Source: Octopus bimaculoides (Eukaryota). Taken from it: a stretch of 63,859 nucleotides of DNA. The stretch is from assembly GCF_001194135.2 (NCBI RefSeq), contig NC_068987.1, forward strand, positions 88,662,235 through 88,726,093, written 5' to 3'. The stretch's first letter is position 1; each line of letters begins with the position of its first letter. The notes under the pieces were generated by a model. It saw nothing but the letters and a program-made list of their open reading frames with translations. It searched no databases and was not told where the DNA came from. The position numbers and the translations under genes are program-made. This document shows positions 56,137-63,859 of this stretch, one piece after another.

Positions 56137-56373
56137 TTCTACACAATGCTTACATACATATACATATTTTCTATTTTCTATTTTCTCTCCCTGTTTATTT
56201 CTGTGTTCCTTTCTGTCGAAGAGCGTAGGCTCGAAGCGTTAAAAGACTTTCTCACGTCCCGAGCGTTAAACTAATACATTTGTTTGTTGTTTACACACCC
56301 GTCTTCGTCTTTTGTTTGCTTTTTTTTTTGTAAATTCTCACTACATGTATACATAGGTATATATACACATAAT

Positions 56374-56413
<40 letters not shown>

Positions 56414-57519
56414 AAGAGAGAGAGATGGAGAAAGAGACAGAGATGAGGAGAGAGAGAGTATTCTCTTCTCCTTTATTTGTATATATCCGTACGTTGATGT
56501 ATAATGAAATGGTGAATTTTCTCCGGGCATCCTCAATGTATCAACATATATATATAATATTTTATTCCGTTCTCTTTTGTATGATCATATTTCCAACGGT
56601 TGCATGCAACCTTCTTCCGCACCCCACCCCCCAAATGCACCTCCGTCTTCCTGAAGTGATTGCAACATTTTTTATTGCAACTGTATTTGGATGAGTGAAG
56701 GCGCGTGGCTCATTGGTTAGAGTGTCGGGCTCACAATCATAAAATAATGAGTTCGATTCTTGGACCGGGTTAGGTGTTGTGTTCTTGAGCAAGACACTTT
56801 ACTTCATGTTGATCCAGTTCACTCAGTTGTAAAAATGAGTTGCAACGTCACTCGTGCCAAGCTATATCGGTCTTTGCATTTCCCTTGGATAAGATCAGCG
56901 GCGTGGAAAGGGGTGACTGGTATTCATGGGTGACTGATGGTCTTCCATAAACAACTTTGCCCGGACTTGTGTTTCAGAAGGGAATTTTCTAGGTGCAATC
57001 TCATGGTCATTCATGGCCGAGGTGGGATCTTTACCCATTGCTCTTTATTTGGATGGTTGAACGCTACGTGTAATTTGCTTGTTGAAGTAATTTCCTTTGC
57101 CTATTTCTAATATTTTTTTGTTTGTTGAGTATATACATGCCACAGAACCTCCCAAAACTAGACACCAATATTTAAGCATTGTCCAAGTCTAATTAGGTTA
57201 CCTATGAAGAAAAGCAAACAATACCAATGCAAGCGATCTCCGCAGACTCTGAGTCCACAAATGCTTTCCACTTTCCAAGATTGAAAGACAATTCAGAATA
57301 ACGAGTCTAAGATATAAGAAATTCACAATCAAGTATAACAACAGTGTATTACCATCCTCAGTAGCCAAACGAATATCACTATAGTTTTGACACCTGGTCT
57401 ACCATTCAATCCGGTGGTATCATAAGCACCAGTGTTTTGTGGTACCGTAGTGACAAATTTCCTGAAATCCTAAGAATCATTCTTACGATTCTTGCAGAAT
57501 ACAAGATTGCTCTTTTCTG

Positions 57520-57800
57520 CAAGTCAACAATGCGAGTCTGAATCCCAATATGTTTCAGTGTCTTAGATAGCAGTTACGTCAAGTGCACCAATTATTGCAG
57601 GAATAGGTGTTGAATAAGTATTCAGCAATCACTCCGTCTCTCTAGTTAAGTCCTGATATTTCTCTATTTTTTTTCCATTTCTTTGCTATCCACACTGTCA
57701 TTAGATGGTATTGCAAAATCTGTGATCATATGCCGTTTATTTCTTTTGTCCTCAATAATCATATCTGGCGTCCTTGCTTCATTATTATTGCTACTATCAT
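57520..57800 (-). mobile_element. R4/Dong-like RLE fragment
   Basis: Minus strand EARTPDMIIEDKRNKRHMITDFAIPSNDSVDSKEMEK..KYQDL..IPAIIGALD (frameshifted). Confidence 0.75.
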
Positions 57801-57879
57801 TCTTTTGACACAGGCTTTGCAGGAACTCTTGGAGTCTTGCAGGAGTGGCGGGATTGCTACCTGCTGCCTACGGTACCAT

Positions 57880-58035
57880 GCTATCTGTTCTCTTCAACTA
57901 TCAAATGTTTCCTGATGATTCTGGCCTTGCAAAAGGGGGAAAACTTGTTACAACAGCTCTACTGGGCATTCTATTTCCACTTCCCGTTATATTTCTCTCA
58001 ATACCTTCCGATACTGTTCCCAAGGCCCCAGCAAT
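57880..58035 (-). mobile_element. Short R4/Dong-like 3' fragment adjoining (TAA)n
   Basis: Minus strand IIAGALGTVSEGIERNI starts at the (AAT)n tract at 58036-58070. Confidence 0.6.
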
Positions 58036-58036
58036 A

Positions 58037-58068
<32 letters not shown>

Positions 58069-60711
58069 CATCATCATTTATATATAAAACATTAAGTTAT
58101 ACAAAATATGGTGCCCTAAGTTTGCCCTAGATTTTAAGATATACACTAATAATATATAGGTACACGTAAATGATGGCCAATCAACATTAACCAGGAGTCA
58201 GCCCCATGTGTTTGCGTATATAAACTTGGAAACAAATAGGTGCGGTTTTTTTAATTAATGAACAGTATAAAGACCAATGGTATTTAGTAATATGTCAGAA
58301 TTGATTTGATTCAATGGAGAGAACTTTACGAAATGAGTCATCTAACTTTGCGATTTCCTTCTAAACTTACAAGCAAGATGATATCTGATCTGAAGATCTG
58401 GAAATCATTTTGTTGTATTTGATTACGATTGTGTCCTTTTGTTTTATCTAGGAACTATGTAGAATGATGTATATAAAATGACCCAAAGATATTGGATGTT
58501 TTCAAAGAGTTTGAGCTAAAACTTAAAGTTTTTGACGTCAAAGTACATCACTAAAGTACTTTCTATATTATATCTATAGCTATAATTACATTGTATTGCA
58601 TAGATAGGAAAACATTTGTGTATGTTATTTGCGCGAGTGTAAGAACATGATTTACACACCCCAGTCGGTATGCTCTTCTGAAACCTGTTTTATTGACCAA
58701 TCTGAGGAAGATTTTGAGGAAGATTTTGAGGAAGATCTAACCATAGATCTTTTAGGTGTTCCGCAGACTCATATGGTCGATGAAACTGATGATGCATGGG
58801 AAGAAGAGGGTTCCAGAGGAAATCTTTATGGGGGGGGGGAATATTTTCTCTGATTTCTTGAGGTCAATATAGTAAAGGTAGTTGAAGATCTGCGTGTGTA
58901 ACTTATACATCAGGCAAGTTCAGTATCATAGAAACCATTTTGGTTGCATTTTTAGAAGAGATAAGAAACACAGCAGATTGGTGAGCTAAAGGTTGTAGCT
59001 TGTTTATGAAGAGGGAGAAATATTTTCTATAAATGGTAACGAATGTCTATCGTTTCCGTTTTCTTCCATGACGCACCATAAAAAAATGTATGTTGTAGAT
59101 TTTAAGATTTATAGAATGTGTATCAGTCAACCATTAGCAACGCTGATAGAACACATCAACTCTACAGCAACCTTGCAAAATCAAAAGCCAAAGAAAGGGC
59201 TTCCATGTGACTACTTGATCTCCTAGAATCAACAACAAAATCTCCCTCAAATCACACCCAACCTTCCTTAATGACAGAAAAAACTGCGCTAAACAACGTA
59301 GACCTAAATACATCATGTCTATAAATTTTGTACGGTGACGAATGAAACTCTTTTGACTATACGTCTTCTCGATCAGGCCTTACTATTCAAGCGAAACAAA
59401 CTACAACAAAAACTTGTATCCTCAACTGTTTTCTTATAATTGCATCATCCGACAGACCAGACGACCAGACGATATTTTACATTATTTATTTATACAAATG
59501 AACGTGTAGAGAATACGAGTGTCATTTATAGAATATAGTGATATTAGAAAAGTTGCCTGGATCAATCGACAATCTGTGTAGCTCTACATGACATCATTCC
59601 CATAATTGCATTGCTATTTATATGCTTCTAATTATTCGCTAAATACACACGACTCTTTCAAATTAATATTCGCACTGTATCGGCAATACGCCACGTAGTC
59701 CGTATATGTAATTAGTGATTGATTTAGTTTATTGATTATTTATCACATTTTCAAATTGATAACACCTTGTCGTGCATAAAACGCCAGGGAAGATGAGCGT
59801 CTCTGTGATACTGGAATTGGAACACTTGTTATCAACGATTATAACATGTTAAGTCTCACTCATCTTGCAAAATGTAATGTGTATCATATGTTGTAAAATA
59901 CAAGCACGATCTTCGAGCATCATCCGCATACATTATCTCCATTATGTATTGACATCACATCCACGTGACTCAAATTCTAGAAACCCAACCCATTTTAGAG
60001 AATCACAAAATACACCTAATAAACATATTGGTGAGACAACCCATTTGGTTTTTGTGTCACCATTGAATAACCTCACTTGTAGCCGTGGTAGTTTGTTGTA
60101 GCACTTTTCTCACCAAGCTAGAACCATGACAGAATTTGAACTCAGAATTGAACGCTGACGAAACATTCAGCGATTTTATAGTGCTACTGCTGTTAGAAAG
60201 GCGAGTCTTTACAGCAGCAACTATCTTTAACAACGTGGACTAGGTTATCTAAGAGTATATTTGAGAAGTGTTTTGGTGACAGACACAACGCAGTGTCAGT
60301 CACTGAACATGAAGTGCCATTCTCTTGCTTAGTTGTCCAGCATCCAGTTCTCAACTGGTTACTGTTATATATATATATATATATATATATNNNNNNNNNN
60401 NNNNNNNNNNNNNNNNNNNNNNNNNNNNNNNNNNNNNNNNNNNNNNNNNNNNNNNNNNNNNNNNNNNNNNNNNNNNNNNNNNNNNNNNNNNNNNNNNNNN
60501 NNNNNNNNNNNNNNNNNNNNNNNNNNNNNNNNNNNNNNNNNNNNNNNNNNNNNNNNNNNNNNNNNNNNNNNNNNNNNNNNNNNNNNNNNNNNNNNNNNNN
60601 NNNNNNNNNNNNNNNNNNNNNNNNNNNNNNNNNNNNNNNNNNNNNNNNNNNNNNNNNNNNNNNNNNNNNNNNNNNNNNNNNNNNNNNNNNNNNNNNNNNN
60701 NNNNNNNNNNN

Positions 60712-60762
<51 letters not shown>

Positions 60763-63700
60763 ATGTATGTATGTACGTATGTATGTATGCGAAATATTCC
60801 CTCATTGTGAATTTCTTCTAAATCGTAACGTGTCTTTCAAAAATAAATCTATGAAAATGATTATGCATATGTATGAATCTCTGTGTTCATAATTATTATC
60901 ATCGGCGTAATTATTCTAATTAAAAACGGATGTCGCCCAATTCGACTCCATTTTGACTCCATTTTGATCCATTTTCAAACATATTTTGCTTTAAATGGCA
61001 ATTAAATGAAATCTTTCGGTATTCTCACGTTTATTAACATAATATACAGACGTTTCAATATATGTGATGGAAGTCTGCACCAGTTAAATAGAAACTTAGT
61101 CCAAGAATGCAACAAAAAATATTTTTCTGATGTTTTGTCAGTTGTATATAAGCGAATCATAATTAGGATTAAACTAAAAACACAGATTATGGCAAATACA
61201 TTTTATGTCTGATTGTTTGTTACACTGTCATATTACGAATTCACAAAGCGTATATGAAGTGTGATAATGACTCCCATTCCTTGACGTACTAATGCAAAAA
61301 AATAAATAACGACACGGAAGCTGTGAAAAGAAAACTACTTACTATGGTGTTCAACTTAAACTGTGTGTAGCATCAGATGTGAAGCATTAAGGAAAGAATT
61401 GTGAAAGGCTTACAACATCGAGAAAATTGATTTGCCCCAGTGAATCAGCGGTAAAGACAGTTATTTGCGAGAAACAAAAACCAATCGCATCATACACGAC
61501 CTGTATTTTCTCTCAATTTTAAGATTAAAAATTTCATACCATTCGCTGTGATTCTACTTCATTGTATGCTTAAAAGATACACAGAATTTCAGAAAAATAT
61601 ATACTATTTGTGTTCAAAAGTAACACTAAAACTTCACAGATTGCACACCAGAGTAAAACCTATCCAAGCATGTTAATACAAACTCAAAGAAATTGCATTT
61701 ATATAATCCTTCCATATACAGGCGATTACAAAGGATAAATTGGATTGCCTCTAAGTGTCAGAAAAGTTGAATATCGAAAACTATAATGTAATAAGAAATA
61801 TTAATATCAAGAACGGCTGAGTTTGCATGAGGCGAGGAAGGAAATCATATAAACGGTACGGAATGAGATTTCGATAATAGTTATAAAAAGATATACAATG
61901 GACACTTATCAATATCAAAGACGCAATATATAAAGCGCTTACTGATAATAAAATCAGTAAAGCTAGCGGTGGTTTCAAGATCAATAGGGCTTCCATTACT
62001 GAAAATTTTAAGTTAATAATTGTCCATGCACCGGTGGTTTAGTAGACAAGAAAGTTAATATTTCTGCACTTTAGAAATAACGATATCGTGTTCAAATGAA
62101 AGCTCTGATAATGTATATATCAATATCAGGTATGCATTTGAACAGAATGTTGGGGAAATGGAAAGAGAAATGGGAGGGGGGTAAACGTCTGATAAATAAA
62201 AGCATTAATAAATTTGAAAAACAAACAAAACTCTCATAAACTTTCTCCATATTTTCTTTAAAGTATTGACATCTTAATGATGATCCTCTTCGGAATTATG
62301 ATCGTTGTTATGGTATTTTTCTTCGATAATAAAATCATTATCATCAACGTGATCAACAACAGTCTTAGATTCATGTACACAACTAAAACATTTAATATAT
62401 GTATATTTTGAGAAACGTTGTTAATATTTTTGTTGTTATAGTTCTGGCTATTATTGATTGTTTAAATTTGCTTTCTGCTTTATGAGTTCCAATTGAATGG
62501 AAAACGTTACATAATTAAACATACAAATGTGTAAATAAAAGCGATATTCATTAAATCTTTTGCTGTGTTGTTTTCTGAAATATTTTTTGTTTTGTTTTAT
62601 TTTAATGGAATAAGTGTGCAAGAAAGAACTGCGCCGCCGCTTTTGGTGATTAAATGACCAGTGAGATCGACCCAGTTTATGTTCCTCCTGAACAGTCGCT
62701 AATTGACCACTGGAGGTAAAAATAGGTGAGAGTTCCAGCAGGATATCATATTGAAAAGGAGGCGGAGTTAGTTGTAAGGATTCGTGAAGGTCAGTGGTTC
62801 TCATCAGGGGTCCATATGACCCTTGGAGGGATCCATCTAAGATTTTGCTGTTAAAACTTCTGGCAGAATTTTACCGCACCGGGAAAAATGCTTAGTGGCA
62901 TTTCTTCCAACTCAACGTTTTGAGTTCAAATGCCGCCGTGGCCGACCTTGAATCAATAAAATAAATATCGGCGGAGCAATGGGAGGGGGGGTCAATGTAA
63001 TCGATTTATCCCCTCCCCCAAAATGCACAAAATATTTTAAAATATTTCTTATGCAATTCCTAACAATATTTAATCAAAGAAATATAACAGGGTTTTTTAA
63101 AACCTCGAATGGCTATGAGGATCCACCCGAATAAAATAGGGATCAAAAGGGTACATAGATGAAAAATGGTTAGGAACGACTGGTCTACCTTTTGAATGGG
63201 AGACACAAAATACGTAACAAAAGCAAGGAATATGAGGGTTGGAAATGAGCCTTAATACAGGTAGCATTAGGTAAACCATCTTCGAGGTTTAGAGAAAAAT
63301 AATGTGTGAGGAAAGCAAGGAATATGAGAGAATTGGAAAGGCTTTGCGAGAAGTTGTACGAGATGAACCAGGTTCGATGCATCAAATTTTTCATTTTAAG
63401 ATATTTTTCCTTAGATTAAATATTTAATTTTTGTGGAGGCATCCTGTCAGCAGTCCGGCGCTGCAGTGTGTTGGCCAGCCACGACTTCACGTCGAGCTAT
63501 CGTATTTTTGTTATATTATAGATTATTAATTTGTATGTCTTAAATTTTACTATATTACATTTAAACGTTGGCGATTTAAGAACTTTGTCAACCAACACTG
63601 AAGTTAAATACTTGAGTTGAAATCAAAGGGGTTCACAGATAATAAACGAACGTTAAAACAACTTTAGAATTCCCCATTATAAAGTCAAGGCTTTTTAGCT

Positions 63701-63802
63701 TGAATAATTTGTTGCCATGTAAAAAAAAGATTATATTTTGTAGATAACTATTTCAGTTAGATTTAGATGGTTTAGTTTCTTTTCGTATGTGAAATACCAT
63801 TA

Positions 63803-63859
<57 letters not shown>

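Noticed and set aside
58629-58853. Acidic ORF with EEDF repeats
   Set aside because: It starts at TTG, derives partly from a 12-bp tandem repeat, and has no splice or homology support.
61781-61996. Hydrophobic 71-aa minus-strand ORF with an acceptor just upstream
   Set aside because: No recognisable family motif; Leu/Ile-rich ORFs are expected in AT-rich DNA.
62654-62715. ATG..AG|gtaaaa mini-exon MTSEIDPVYVPPEQSLIDHW(R), reminiscent of the r-opsin N-terminal HW motif
   Set aside because: It lies 22 kb downstream of the opsin, is only 21 codons, and has no supporting downstream exons in the window; likely chance.

Overview
Repeat-rich, AT-rich eukaryotic genomic DNA with many N-gaps. The SINE families, microsatellites and LINE fragments resemble an octopus/coleoid cephalopod genome (inference). 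The one host gene I can support is a + strand opsin of the rhabdomeric type. Four coding exons splice in frame (22845-22978, 28825-28903, 35605-36192, 39965-40235). They retain the retinal-binding K296, E181, DRY and NPxxY, but carry an unusual helix-8 motif (NPIF) and Asp at position 90. There is also a candidate alternative short terminal exon. The exon(s) for the N-terminus/TM1 were not found. The rest is decayed mobile DNA: RTE, HERO, R4/Dong and CR1/L2-group LINE fragments, two mariner remnants, three tRNA-derived SINE families, MITE-like palindromes and microsatellites. The most unusual signal is a set of minimal type-I hammerhead-ribozyme motifs from several different repeat families, mostly as inverted pairs typical of Penelope-like/retrozyme termini. 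Some have intact cores, while the copies on the opsin sense strand inside the gene are mutated in the catalytic core.
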